From Paecilomyces variotii (Eukaryota), in assembly GCA_004022145.1 (NCBI GenBank), contig RCNU01000002.1: 64,000 bases of DNA. One strand, written 5' to 3'. Below, piece after piece: positions 35,501-50,196 of the stretch (its first letter is position 1; every line of letters begins with the position of its first letter). The notes beneath the pieces were generated by a model. It was not told the origin of the DNA. It made no database searches and saw only the letters and a program-made list of their open reading frames with translations. A program made the translations under genes and the position numbers.

Positions 35501-37238
35501 ACCAGGACGAGATGTATGTCTATATGGAGGCACTACGTGCCATGTTTGCGGATAGAAATGACGCTATCACCGGCCAAAGAAACGTCCTCATTGCGCATGA
35601 GATCAAAAGCGGAATTATCCAGGCGGAGAAAGGCGAAGGTCCTTCTCCTGAGCTCTTCCGTAACATCATGAACACCCGCAGCAAAATCAAGCCTGATCCT
35701 ACTCTTGGGTCGCTCCGTGGAATCATTAGCGAGTTGCGTAGCCTTGCTACGTCCCTTGAATGGCAGGAAAGCGGGGGGAGTAGCAGAGCTAAGGCTGAGC
35801 TTGAGATTGTCAACCAAGTTCTAGCTAATGCCAGTCAGATGGCTACAGAACAGGCGAAGGTAATATCTGGCTTGGAAAGGGAGGTGGAAATGTTCCGTGA
35901 TACGATGAATAATCGCCTGGAATATTACCGTCAACTACAACAGATATCAGATACTGTGGCCCCCTACGATGAAGAGAGTGTGGGTAAACCGATGAATGAG
36001 GAACTCTTCGCCGCAAAGCTCAAGCAGGAATCCCAAATCGACGGCAAGATTTCGGGACTGAAGGCGAAGCGTCGGTACTTAATACATCTTCGTGAAGAGC
36101 CGGGCTCAGAGGATAGTTCGAGAATCTGCGTTATCTGCCAGTCTTCGTTTGAAATCGGTATGTATCTCTTATTCTATAATTTGCCCTAAATTCCTGCTAA
36201 CACATTCTTTCGGTAGGTGTTTTGACGGTTTGTGGGCACAAATACTGCAAAGACTGCCTGCGTTTGTGGTGGCATCAACACCGAACATGTCCCACATGCA
36301 AAAAACGTCTGAAGGTCAGGGACTTTCACCAAATAACGTACAAGCCTCAAGATTTAGTCATACAGGAAGAGAAGCCCCCAGTGAAGCCGGGATCCGACCG
36401 CTCACCAAATAAATCTATATACACAGATGTCAGTTCCGATATTATGAGAGAGATCAAGAACATTGACCTCGATGGCTACTTTGGGACAAAGATCGACACT
36501 CTGGCACGTCATCTCATATGGCTGCGCCAAAACGACCCTGGTTCGAAATCGATTGTCTTCTCGCAGTACAAACATTTCTTGAGTCACCTGGGCGTTGCCT
36601 TCAGTCGCTTTAAGATCGGACACATCAGCGTCGACAATAAAGATGGCATTGAACGGTTCAAAAGCGATCCGGCTATTGAATGCTTCCTGTTGCATGCAAA
36701 AGCACATTCATCTGGTCTCAACCTCGTCAATGCGACTCACGTCTTTCTATGCGAGCCGCTTATCAACACCGCAATCGAGCTGCAGGCTATCGCCCGTGTA
36801 CATCGTATAGGGCAGCATCGACCAACCACCATCTGGATGTACTTGGTCTCAGACACTGTGGAGGAGACCATTTACGACATCTCTGTTTCCCGGCGTCTGA
36901 CACATATCGTGCAGAGAGAGAAAGAAAAGGGAGCTCAGTCACCGACCTCTGATAGTCCTAATGGTGCTACTGTTCAGAACCTCTCAGAAACGGCGATTGA
37001 TTCTGCGAATTCTCTGGAACTCCAAGACGCGACGCTATCCAGGCTAATGACAGGCGGTTCAGCGGGTGGCGAAATTGTCAGGAAGGATGATTTGTGGCAG
37101 TGTCTGTTTGGAAAAGCCAATCGAAGCGGCACTCCAGGCCACTCACTAGAGGCCGAACGTGAAGTGGGACGCTTTTTGAGAGCAGAAGCCGCAGAGGAAA
37201 GAAAGAAAGCCTCTACAGTTGATTCCTCCATTTATTGA
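32596..37238 (+). CDS. SNF2-family helicase / RING E3 ubiquitin ligase, Irc20/SHPRH-like; last intron 36158-36216; 5' exons approximate
   Basis: Motifs GGILAEEMGLGKT, WWRVCLDEAQ, WAVTGTP, LRQTCLHP, a RING finger (CVIC...CGH..C..C...CPTC), and SGLNLVNATHV...QAIARVHRIGQ. Confidence 0.92.
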
Positions 37239-38221
37239 CCGATCTCTAATAGGTCTTTTTTTTTGTTCTTCCCGACCTTTCTTGTCTGATTTTCGATATA
37301 TATATGCATATATATGGCCTTGATTTCTGTCTCGACTATATATAGCGCTGAGATGGGAGAGTACCTAGTATTATTCCGATCTTATCTCTATAGGCGTTAC
37401 GAGATACCCTGCTAAAGAAGCAGCTGCTTTTACCTCATCAGTTATTTTTGGGAGAATATGAATTGAAATATCACAGGAGCACAGCTATATGTCATGTCTT
37501 AAGCCAGATAGTTGAATGTCTTTGAGTAGGACTCAGTTTCTCGATTCAATTCGCAATGTATAGAGATCAGCAGGACCAACGCGTACTTCAATACCTTGGT
37601 AAACAAGCTGTCCTAAGGACCTCAGCGATGATAGTTTCAGTAGCTCTAATACACTTCCGTGAATAAACTTCGTGTCAATGCAAGCTACTACTTGAACATT
37701 GGTCAGAAAAATAACAGACGAAGCTTATTTCAAGTTTCCGCACTATGATGATTATGATTAACACGGCACGGTCCAGGAAATATATATATACGCTAATTAC
37801 TATTTCAAGCTTAGATGGTGGAAACAAACACAACTACGACAAGATCCATGAAACAAAAGTTAAATCAGGGACTATAAAAATTCAGATCGAACACATTTTC
37901 CAGTGACAAATATTCTTATCCTTATATGTGTGTCGAAATTGGGAATTTTACATTGCAGAATCACATGATGACTAAGCCGGTTAGCGCACGCCCACCCAAT
38001 CAATAACTATCAGGCTTCAAGGCTCTTGCCCTTTGTGATAAGGCGTCATCATCCTTACTGCCTAGAAGATGCTTTAGAAAGAGAGGAGCCCTCGAATTTC
38101 TGAGAATACTTTCTGTATAGTCAAAGTTCTCGAAGATCCCCTGTTCTCGTTAATAGGGAGGACATCACGCCACGTTTCCCTCTCGTTTCTTCCTGCCACT
38201 CTTTTGTGCCTTTCCATAACC

Positions 38222-41200
38222 ATGTCCTCCAACGCCACCGCCCAAGAGAGCCCCGAAGCTAGGGAGCTGAGCTTGATATCCAAGGTCGAGCTTCGTATCG
38301 CATTGGCAAGCACAGATAGCAAACTTCAGACCTTGCTCGGCATCTACTTGGCTCCTCTGTTGCTCAAGCTGGCGTCGGAGAGCTTGGCCGTGCGCAACAA
38401 GGTCATCAGCGTCTGCCAGCATATTAACACGCGTATCCAACCACAGTCCATCCAGCTGCCAGTCCCGGCTCTTCTGAAACAGTTCAAAGAACAGCACTCT
38501 CCGCTCATTCGACATTTTGATCTTCTGTATATTCAACAGGGAATCAGCCGTCTTACGCCAGCCGCAAGGACTGAATTGCTTCCATCAGTGCTGCAAGGCA
38601 TTGCAGACATCGGGACCGATGGTACACAGGGAGCCATCGTGTTCAACCTGGTGCTAAGACTACTCCCTCTTTTGAAGTTGCCCCAGAAAGGGAGCCAAGA
38701 AGATCTCGCATTGAGAGAGAAATTGGGACTCTCAGGCGAAGATACTGCGTTTCTGTCGTCGTGGTTCGGGAAGTTGTTGCTTCTATCACCCGGGGGCAAG
38801 AATAGCGATATCTGTCCAGGAATCACGGCTTCAGAATATGTCTTTCTCAACAAGGGAACATCTCCCGCGGAGACCTGGGATCCGTCCACTAACGGTGGTC
38901 TCAACTTAACGGAGACAAAGGTTGCAGTGGCTAAGTTCCTGGCAAGTGGCTGTTTCACAGATTCTGAGCGCTTTTTACCCGCCGTGATTGCTTCTGCAGA
39001 TGCCAATTCTCGTCTGTCCGACATTGGCGAGGATATGTTGAAACGCTTCACGCCGGATCTCGAGAATCCCGACGTGGTACAACAGCTCTACACGCTCTAT
39101 TTTGGGACGGGAAGGCCCGATGGGGCACCACCAGCACGTCCTGCACTTCGAGTCAAGATTTTACATTTTCTAGGGCGATCAATAAAAGCAACAGCGGATA
39201 CGCAGAGCGTTGTCAAGATTCTAGACGAGGGCCTCTTTTCTGATGAAGCCAGATCAGTCCAGGGTCTGCTAGCCTCTAAGCTACGGACACAGATCTTTAC
39301 GTTCACAACTTGGGTAGTGCGCATGGGCTCATCTGATGATTTGAAGGTAGTTGCACCCAAGATTATCTCAGGATTGAGGGATTTTGTTCAATCGCAGGGT
39401 TGGCCTAATCCTGCAACTAGCGGCCAGACGCTCTCTCCAGCAGACTCTGGTTTGCGTAGCCTTGCCTATGAGAGCATAGGCTTGTTGGCGCCTAAAGTTG
39501 TGTCCGATATGCAGGACGATTCCGGGTACGGATTTAAATTCGGCCTTGTGAGATGGCTCTTTACCTCCTTGAGCTCCGACGCGTCCAGTTCTCAGATCTT
39601 CGTCAGCATCGAGCAAGCCTTGGGAAGTGTCCTAAATTCGTTTGCCAACTCGTCGGACGAAGCGTTTCGGGAACAGCTGCGGCCTTTTCTTGTGCACCAT
39701 ATGAACAACCAGCCGGGCGAGGATGACTCGATTTCAGGATACAAGATTGTTCGAAGTACTCGGTTTGCTGCCGTACGGTTCGCCAACCGCTGTCTGGCAT
39801 ATGGGGATGTCGTGGCTCGTTGGATCGATCTCATGGCTATTGCTGGTAGGCAGGACAAGGAGCGCGAAGTCGTCGAGGAGGGCCGAAAGGGACTACATCC
39901 TTATTGGTATAGGATGATAAATATCACGAAGAGCGGTACATTGACTGGCTCGTCGTCAGCGGAGTTGGCCAGAGATCCAACTTACCGTTTCCCCAGTTTC
40001 CATGATTTGACGTGCTTTCTGTTAGGTGCCGGGAGCGAGGAAAACCCTTTGGAAGATGGTGCGGTACCGGGCTCCAAGAAGTTTTCAGGAGCTTTGGTTG
40101 CAGCTTTTGCGCCTGCGATTGCATTTGTCCGTAATATTCTCCTATGGGAAGCCTTCTCAAAGTCAGGGATACCTGTTGAGATAGAACAGGATTGGGAATA
40201 TCGCCTTGATGCTCTTCTGGCCTCGAACGAAGCAGCTCGCTCCGCACTGAAGCAGCATATCAAAGATTGTGACCGTGCAACCATCCTTGCTCTTTTGTCT
40301 TCTGCATTGAACGGCCTTCTCTGGAATAACGGGGAAGGTCTCGGGCAATGTGGCGTGCATTTTATTGATGTATGTTCCCTCGCATCTAACGACATTGTTG
40401 GCGCTCTGGCGTGTCGAGCACCATCCTTGAGGGTTCCTATGTTTTCCAACAAGAAGACTACACAGGAAACTGCGGCACGAGCTTTTGGAATCCTTGCTTC
40501 TCATGTTTCGTTCGCGGATGTCGAGCGTCAGACACTGGTTGCTGATTTGATGCAGCGTGCGAGGGCCTGGAAAGGCGCTGTTGGACAGGTCGCAAATCAT
40601 GTCAGCGGTGCTCTTCTCGGGATAACTTACCTTCTCAGCCGGACAGCCTTCCGTAAAAAGCTTAACGTGTTATCGAATACGACTATCACGGAGTCCCTTA
40701 GCGTTACCATCGGTATCCTCGAGGAGACACGTGATACCCAGCTGAGGGAAGCAGCACAAATAGCCCTTGGGCAGCTCTGTCTGTCTGGCGTCATATCCCC
40801 TGTCATGCTCCCGCAAGGTGCAGGAGGCTGGAAGATGGTGAGAGACAAGCTTCTGCAAGACGGAAGGAGAGAAGGCCAAACCGCAATATCCACAATCGGC
40901 CGTTTCTCGTTGATCTTCCCTAAGAGGAATAACAACGGAGAACCATTCGCCGAGTTACTCACCTGCCTGCATGATTTACATGAGGTACGCAGCCCAGAGA
41001 CCCAGTTCGCTGTTGGCGAGGCATTAAGCACAGCAGCCGTTGGCTGGGCCTCCAAATCATTGGTCGGGGAATTCGACGTGGATGAAGACGTGCCGGAGTC
41101 AGAGATTCGGACAGAAGTTCTTGTGGATGTCGCCAACAGAACTATAGCTGGTTGTGGGGCGCCTAAGCCGTCGCTTAAAAAGGCATCAGCAATATGGCTA

Positions 41201-44006
41201 CTGTGTCTAATTAAGGACTGCGGCCACTTCGGGGACATCCAGCACCGGCTCCGTAGCTGCCAAGCCGCATTCGCAGGCCTATTGACAGACCGTGACGAAT
41301 TTGTGCAGGAAATCGGCTCTAGAGGACTTGGCTTTGTCTATGAGATGGGAGACCAATCCATCAAGGATGATCTAGTCAGAGACCTAGTGCGTTCATTTAC
41401 GGGAAACACCACGAATCTAGGAGGAGGCTGGGTAGATTCTGATACCGAACTCTTCGAACCTGGAGCATTACCCACCGGAGATGGTTCGGTGACTACATAC
41501 AAAGACATTATGAACCTTGCATCCGAGGTCGGAGACCCCAGCTTGGTCTACAGGTTTATGTCACTGGCATCTAATGATGCCATTTGGTCCAGCCGCGCGG
41601 CTTTCGGCAGATTTGGTCTAAGCAATGTTCTTTCTGACTCAAGCATCAATGGATACTTATCCAAGAATCCAAAGATCTACCCGAAACTCTATCGGTATCG
41701 TTTCGATCCAAATCCAAACGTTCAAAGATCTATGAACGACATTTGGCAGGCACTCGTGAAAGACCCCAATGCAGTCCTGGATGCCCATTTTGACGAGATT
41801 ATGGATGACTTACTTACAAGCATTCTGGTTGGCAGAGAATGGAGAGTCCGTCAGGCTAGCTGTGCCGCTATCGCGGATCTGATCCAAGGGCGCCAGCTGG
41901 AGAAGTACGACAAGTACATGAACGAGATTCTTACCAAAGCTTTCAAGGTCTTAGATGATATCAAAGAGACCGTCAGAGCCGCAGCTCTCAAGCTCTGTCA
42001 GACTATCACTAACATGGTGATCCGCAGTCTCGAAACAGGCGACGGCGATTCCAAACGATCGAGGGCAATGCTTGGTCACATAGTCCCCTTCTTGCTCGGC
42101 GCGGAAGGAATGGAATCCAGCGCCCAAGAAGTCCAGGCTTATGCCATCACCACTCTTATACAGATTTCAAAGAAATCACCAGGGTCCATCTTGCGTCCTT
42201 TCGTGCCGCAAATTCTTGAGAGATTTCTGGGTTCCTTGAGCTCACTGGAACCACAGGCAGTCAACTATGTCCATTTGAATGCCGACAAATACGGCCTGAC
42301 GGGTCAACAAATAGACAAGATGAGACTATCGAGCATTCGCACGTCTCCCATGATGGAGGTCATAGAGCGATATCTCCTGGATTGCCTTGACGACAGCAGT
42401 ATGAAAGAAGTAGCCTCAAAACTGGAGAACGTTTTACGAACGGCCGTAGGGCTACCGTCGAAAGTAGGCTGCAGCCGAGTCTTGGTCATCCTGAGCATGA
42501 AGACAGTTCTCTTTCGGCCCTACGCGGATCGTTTCGTCCAGTTGCTCAAAAAGCATGTCCTAGATCGCAATGACACTGTGAGCGCATCCTATAGCAATTC
42601 TATAGGCTACCTCATGCGCCTTGCCAGTGATGATAGCGTCCTCGACACGATAGAGTTCGCAAAATCGCTCTATTTCAGAACAGATGACGCCTCACACCGC
42701 GTCATCTCGGGAGAGATTCTTCACTCCGTGTCCAAATTATCCAGTGACCGCTTTATGGCATTTGCAGCTGCCTCCCTGCCGTTCGTCTTTGTGGCTAAAC
42801 ATGATACTGACGATCAAGTAAAGGACTTCTTTCAGAAGACTTGGCAAGACAACGTTGGAGGTTCACGCGCAGTAACCCTGTACTTGAAAGAAATCTTGAG
42901 TCTTATTGCTGACAATTTAGATTCCCCCCATTGGGCTATCAAGCATACGGCCGCTTTGGCCCTTGCTGATGCTATTACGTCCTTGGAACAAAACTTGGAC
43001 CTTGCCACCGGAGAGCTCATATGGCCAGTCTTGGAGCGAGCTTTAGCGGGGAAGACTTGGGACGGGAAAGAAATTGTCTTGAATGCGTTTGTCAAATTTA
43101 CCAACAAGGCGGAGATACTCTGGAGACAAAGGGAAAAGGTCGGGAAACAGATGGAAGTGAGTCCATTCTTGGTTATCTTACACGGTAGAAGACTAATGGG
43201 CGTTTTTTAGGTCATTGCCATCCGGGAGGCAAAGCGCACTAATCTGGCCTATCGCCCTCATGCGATCAAGGCCTTCGGGGACTTTGCGGAAATAAGGAAC
43301 GATGTTGACCTGATGTCGGCTAGCCTTAGTATCGTCCGTCCTGTGGTAGAGGAACTGGCTGAGGACGACAAAGACAAGATGGACATTGACTCTGGCAATG
43401 TTCAAGCCAAGTAAGTCAGCTGAGCGCTCTGGTCAACAATCGGTTCAACAATCGGTTCGGGGCTGAGAATGAACTTAAATTTAGTGCAGAAGCGACACTA
43501 GCAGCATGTGTGCATTGTCTGCTACACTGCTTCAACCCCGCCATCCAGACATCTACTTCAGGTGAGTTGATCGCCACCCACTGGTTTAGGCAGAGCACTA
43601 AGTAGTTTCAGCCCTAAAAGATTACTTGACCGAACTATTGCCCGTATCGGAGAAGGCTGTCCAAAATGGGGGCAGGGCCGTACACGCCACGGTATACGAC
43701 GGACTGCAGGGATTATTTGGTAAATTGGAAAAAAGGTTTTCCAGCGCCGAGGCTCCCAGATCAGATCTAGCAGACCTCGAAGCCACAGTGATCGCTCTGG
43801 CAAATGGGCTACTTTTTCGCGATGTCGACCTACCCGGGGAGACTACCAGGATTCAGCGGGCGCAGGCAATGGTGGCGTATATTGCTATCTGTCGGAAGGT
43901 GCCGTACATAGTGAGCCAAGAGCAGCGGCAGTTGCTGCGGGCGTGGCACGGCAGAGAGCGATCTGGACCGGTGCAGCGTATTCTGACCCAGGCGATTGAC
44001 TGGTGA
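38222..44006 (+). CDS. ECM29: Proteasome adaptor Ecm29 (HEAT repeats); three predicted 3' introns
   Basis: Motifs RELSLISKVELRIALA, YLAPLLLKLASES, TYKDIMNLASEVGDPSLVYRFM, PKLYRYRFDPN, WRVRQASCAA and KTWDGKE. Confidence 0.95.
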
Positions 44007-47000
44007 TACTTTAGATTTCTGGATGACAACCACGTGGGAGATCGACGGTAAGGGTGGTTTCAAGTTTGACGTTGTCGGCCAACCCTGTGATTCGGGGAGG
44101 CGTGTGGCGTTGAGCGGAGTCTACTGCCGCTTCGGTACTAGAGAACGAATGACCCAGGGAAGCTCGTTGGGGATTCGGTCGAGGCCATGTGCTTTTTCGC
44201 ATTGTTGTCCGGAGTAGACCCGCGACAGGCGCCGCATTGTGGCTGGCACGTTCCAGACCTGTTCGGCCTCGAGAAGAGATTTCGGGGGCGGTTGTTGGCC
44301 AGATCGAGCAGCAATGGATGGGTGTTGGGCGTATTCCTCGTAACCGCAGGGATAGCGATGGGCAGCAAGCGTAAGTACACGGACGAGCCATGAATAAACA
44401 AAATAATGGATGAGACAAGGCGGATCGACGCATCAAGCTTTTAGGGCCGGTTCGCAACGAATTTAACCGGATGCTTATAATAATGTACCAGACTACGAGT
44501 AAATATCGGACTCACGTGACCGAGATGGCATTGACAGCAAAAACGTTTTTTGACTGAGCACGGTAACTTGGTTGGCTCTCTTGGCTTCCTGTTTCGGTCG
44601 GCTTACATTGGGGATCAGGCTGTCAAGTTGGTCAAGGCACGTTTACAATGGGGCCAAAGCGCCTTTGTCCTAGGTAAGGGAAACGTCGATCAGACAAACC
44701 AGACACTGCTCGATACCCTCTCGAATCTGACCACTCTCCGGATCATGTTTATCAGACTACTGGACCGTCCCATACTCTATGCTTGCGGAGGCGTCGCCGG
44801 CGCCGGACATGTCCGGGAGTCCAATTTAGCGCCGACAGTAATGACAGCTGCAAACCAGTCTATCGGAGTCTCCCAAAAGTATCACCATGGCCTAATACTG
44901 CCCGATAGACTCATCGTCACAAGGGTGTGATCTTTAGTTAGCCTTCAGCCCGGAGGACCGGACAGGGGCCGATTTAATTAGATCTGAGCAGAATGGTCAG
45001 CGGCTGCGCATTGGCCAGAGAGCAGCCCATGCTAGGGTATGCATTCAAGCTGGCAATCGGAACGATCCCATCTCCTCCCTGACGGTCGATAGTTGCGGCC
45101 TCTCCACAAATGGTATTGCTTGTGTAATAGACTTTCCTGGTCTTTTCGGCAGATTTTTATGCAAGCAATGATAGCACTTCCGCCCGGTAACCGTGGGAAG
45201 CGAGCAACAAGAGGATCTCTCCCATGTTGTCGGATACTGCTTGGCATCGTTAAAGGACACTGTCAATTGGAATGGAGGCACCGGTAATCATAGTGCCGTC
45301 TGGCTTTTGCCCCCCCTCTTCTGGGGATACTCGTCATCTCTTTCTGCTCTGGTGATGGGGGGGGAGGGGTTCTATTTCGATGGGCTTGAGGGGCAGAAAG
45401 TATACAGCCCAAAACGGCAGACGGAATTGAACCGCGATCAACACGCTCAGATCTCGCGGATAACTCTACTTTGAGTCTATTGTTTTCTCAGCCATAGGGA
45501 AGCTTGGGACTATCGTCTGCTGCTGCTGGGGGCTGCCTGATAATGCGGGCTCGACGGCTTCTTTTGAGCCTCATGATGCATTCCCCGGCAGTTCCTGCAG
45601 TTCCTGCAGAGCAAGTGTTTCTTAACTTCAGGCAATATCGGCCGGCAGATCAATTTCACAGCCAGTTCCTGTTCAGTCGTGGAGCCAACGCAAGACGGCC
45701 AAAACGAGGACCCAGCCGGGGAACCACAACGGTCATGAACCCACCGCCACGCCCGCGGAAGGCAAACAAGACAAGTCTGGCCGACGGGATCAGCCACTCC
45801 CATTGGAGAGTTCATCACCGTCGCTCTTCTACCAACTGTACGCGAAGCACAAAACACGGACGGCTATCGACTCGGGGCGCCAAGGTAATAAATAGTATTC
45901 GCTCGAAACTCGTTCTGCGGAGCCGAACTCAATAATCATGCCGTTGGGTTTTAGGCTCATGGTACGTACGTGTCTACGAACTTTCGTCTAGTTCGCTTGC
46001 TGCGGTCGTTGACAGCCGTCCCTAGCAGCCTCTTTGCGCACTTGCTGCAGAAACGCCCTTAGGGCCCACGGAGGATGGGGACCTAGTTTGCCAGATCGGT
46101 CCAAAAGCCCGTGGTGGCAGTCGTCCAGAATGATGGGGTTCGATTATGGCAGCCCAAGGGTAAACAGCCCTTAGCTTCTGCCCTGGATCTCTCTCTCTTG
46201 TCCCCCAGCCATGGGTCCGGCCTGTCAAGCTCTGCCTGGATCGCCTCCCGCCAGGTACAGCTGATGATCGATCCGATGAGGGCATCCGGCCGGGACCCGA
46301 CAATGATGGCTTCATACTTCCTCTATCTGGTCCGGGGTCCGTCCTAGTCGTTGCCGGATAGCGACCACATCGTTGGCACCTGAGGCGAATGTGAATACCG
46401 CCGTGGTCTCAGGTTTACGTTCTTCTTGACGATTATCCATCCTTTCTTCTGCAAAGGGATAGTCCCCGTACTTCACTCACGGAGGAAGATACCTTCGAGC
46501 TTCATTCCCACCTGCATAGTCCATTTCCAGGTCCCGCCACAAAAGGTAGATCAGGTCCGATCATGCCTCGATCATGATAATGACTATTTGTTGCGCCAGA
46601 CTTTATTACGGGCCCGGACTATGAATACGCCTGCATACCCCCATCTTCCCCAGGACCCTGTGAGATCATTAATGAGCTTCGTATCCCAGCTGTTAGGGCT
46701 TGTTCCTGATTGTTTACCGGGCCTCTAGAGGTAAAAGGAACGTCGGCTCCTCTTCCTCTTCTCCCGTCAGTCCCTTGGGAGCCCTTCTACTTCCTTACTT
46801 TTTTTGACGTGACACCTCTCTTAAGATCTGTATCACCCTTCGGAACCCCTCTCCGAACTTGAACTCTTTTGGGGGCCGAGACGGATAGAAGAAGAGCCTT
46901 TCTCTTCGTGCTTTCCTCGCGTGTTATTACCCCGTGGGTCAGCGTGCTGGCAGATACTCACTTTAGGTCCTTCCGGTACCCCGCCAAGCCGTCCTCATCT

Positions 47001-47044
47001 ACGAGTGAGATTTCCAACGGCTCGGAAACAACTGATCTGATCTG

Positions 47045-49809
47045 ATGACGGTGACAAGACTTGTAATGCCAAACAGGCGGGGTGGAACATCATCCGGGAA
47101 GCAGCCGCTGCGGTTACCGATCATTGCACCAAAGGACGATGCCTCTTCATCCAGGACTGCAAGCCGTAGTACCGATGTGAACTCTCCTAATCTCTCGGTG
47201 CCTTCGCGTGTTCGTCTGCCACCACGATCGAGAACAGGTTGCTGGTAAGTCACGATACAATCCCGAGTCATCTGACCTTCTTACGAAATGCCATGTTTAC
47301 AATCTCGAATAGGACATGTAGGGTAAGTATTACCAGGTGCTCCTTTTTTTCCGGGGGGTATCTAGTAGACTGACTAACGTCTGTGCTTTTGTTTGGTTGT
47401 GCAGAGACGCAAAGGTAAGCGTGGATCTAAGAAACCAGGACTCGCAATGACAGCTCAATTGACAATTTCTCCGTAGTGAAATGTGACGAAGGTCGTCCAA
47501 CATGTGGCGTATGTATTTCTAACCCCCAACCCTCAGTCCGCCCCTAGGACCTCGTTGATCAGATTTACTCAGAGATGATGTAGCAATGTGCCCGTCTGGG
47601 TCATGTCTGCGACTACAATCCGCGGCTGTCCTTCCGCGACGACACTCCTCGAGTCATGGGGAGAATGGCAGAAGTATTTACGACGGGAAACTCCGTCTGG
47701 GACCGTAAGTTATATACTTCCGCAGTTTCGTGTGATGTGTCCATCTCTCTAATTTTCACGGATTGGTCTGCGCAGCTACGTCACCAACTCGTGCCAGTTG
47801 CAGGTCCAACACATCTCCAGCGGATGATACTCTTCCACCTTTCGCATACCTGACCTCGGACGAGGAACGAGAGCGAAAGGCGGAAGCGTACACTCCAGGT
47901 ACTTATCATGTTATTGTTAATCCGAATAGTTTCTCGGCCCTCCCAGAATACGCCGACACCTCAGCCGATGGCGCCAGTGCCGGAGAACCCGACGTCCGTA
48001 GGGGTTCCGTTGCCAGTTCTAAAGTCGGCAGTATTCGAGGGGACGAACAGGAAAACGCCATGGAGACCGATGATCCCAACGTTGTGATTCTGAGCAAATT
48101 CGAAGATACTCCACGACGACCTTCATCCGCTTGGCGAACTTCGAGGCTATCGGCCACTCCAGAAGCGGCAGATCCTTCGCCTACCTCAATCTTCCCTCAA
48201 CTTTCGCTACATGAACCAGTCACAGAGGGACTGTCTGGACCTCTGGAGCAGGTGGTTGCGCGGGGAAGCGATGACGCAAAACTTCTCGCCCATTTCCGCG
48301 ATGTTGTCTGGAAACAGCTTGTTCAGACGCAATCTTTTCAAGGAGGGTCTCCCATCTCACATTTCCACGTCCCAGGAGCGGAAATCTTTGAGCAGGAAGC
48401 TGCCACGTTTCGTCCAGTAAGTCCACCGTCATGCGCATCAAATCAAAGGGGAAGGAATGCCAGAAATAGAGGAGGGAAGGAAGAGTGAAAAAAGGAAATG
48501 GTCCATGATTTTAACTTTTATACCCCCCAGCTTTTCCATGCGATGATGGCAGTGTCCGCGCTCAGTCTGGCTCACCAGGACGGTGGGCAGAGTATCGACG
48601 CTCTCCAGCATTATCAACAGGCGTTCCCCTCGCTTCAGACCAGTCTTCGGAGCCCGCAAGACCTTTGCTCGGACGGACTCTTTCTGACTCACTTCTTGCT
48701 GCTTATCTACGAGGTATGGCTCCTCGTTTGGTCATCGAGTCCATTGTATTTTGTGGCTATTGACACGTCCTAGATTGCTGCCGCTGAGCCGGGTGGCTCG
48801 AATCTGTGGTCGCACCACATCTCCCGGTTACTGCGTATATCACTCATGCGGCGCTCGACTCTCGGGAGCGAGCGATATCCATTTATAATTTGGTGGGTTT
48901 GCACCATTGATCTCTACGCACTCTTCAGCGGTGCGGGAAGCGGAGAGTTTGTTGGAGCCATGGTCAAGGGCAACATGCTCCCGGGGCCTGACACTCTTCT
49001 GTACCCTACGAGCCCCACAGGATATAGCGTGATCTACCCAGAGGAGAATGATAGTCTGCCTATGATCCTGCAGATGCATCACGATACTTTCGTCTTGGCT
49101 ATACGGTTAGGTTTCCTGGCAGCAGACCTTCGAAGAGAAGCCATGTCCTCGCGCTTTCTTGCCGGTTCAGTAGGTCCTGCACCGTTTGCCCATCCTACGA
49201 GTCGCCTGAAGAAACTCTTGGAGCTACGAAACAGCTTGAGGTTGCTCTGGGAGTCGCCCAATGCCATCTGGCTTCGCCAGAACATGAGCAGTTTCCCCCC
49301 GCGGTCCGTGGAACTGTGGCAGCAGGTGAGTGATAGTTCCTTTATTTGCGATCAAACCCATCACCGTCATTGGCTAACAATATTTGCGCCAGTCTATATC
49401 TCTCTACCATGCCTGCGTCCTCTTCTCCTATACCAGCATGTGGCCGGGCCAGCGTCTGGGACCGGAAGGTTCTCCCGACGAAGAGCTTATGCGCCACTCG
49501 GCGGCTATACTACGAATCGCGGAGAGCATAATCCGAGCTGGGCGGTTGGATCTTCGTTTTATAATATTTCCTCTCTTTACGGTCGGGGTGTCTACACCGT
49601 CTGGCAGCCAAAAGATGATGGCACTGGACTTCATATCGAGCATGGAGAGGGCCGGCGTTGGGCGCAATGCGACGACGACACGGCATATCCTCCAGATCGT
49701 ATACGAACGCCAGACGCAACAATTGATTGCTATGGGGCATTCTTTCCATCTCTACTGGGTCGATATCATGATTGAGCAAGGGTTACAAGTGGTGAACTTT
49801 GGATTGTGA
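47045..49809 (+). CDS. Zn(II)2Cys6 transcription factor with a C-terminal fungal-specific TF domain; about eight introns
   Basis: Spliced motif [35 protein letters not shown]. C-terminal LFHAMMAVSALSL, FLLLIYEI, FPLFTVG and WVDIM motifs. Confidence 0.9.
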
Positions 49810-50146
49810 CGGATATAATACAACGGTGTCTTGGGCCGGGAGGGAGAACGCGCATACAACTAGTATCAGTTGACTACCTTGTTTTTTTATTTTGTATTTT
49901 GGCCCCCTTTCTTCCTTCTCTCCGTCTTGTGTCTCCATTATTGGCGCTTTGATCGGCGCAAACCGGCTATACCAGAGGGGGTGGGCGCCGTGGCATTCTG
50001 TTTGGTGATTGCATGATTTTCCGAGCATTGTTCGCGTATACGTTTTGCATGTTTTTTTCAAGTGATCTGCATGTGTAACGAAGCAGTCAGGGACGCCCCA
50101 TATGACTAGAAGATAGATAATAATTTATGCCTAGATGAGAACATGG

Positions 50147-50196
50147 GTTGATGGTAATCCTAAGCGATCGAGTGTTGATAGTAATCCTAAGCGATC
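50147..50196. repeat. Imperfect tandem duplication with a 27-bp period (two copies)
   Basis: GTTGATGGTAATCCTAAGCGATC is repeated as GTTGATAGTAATCCTAAGCGATC. Confidence 0.85.
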
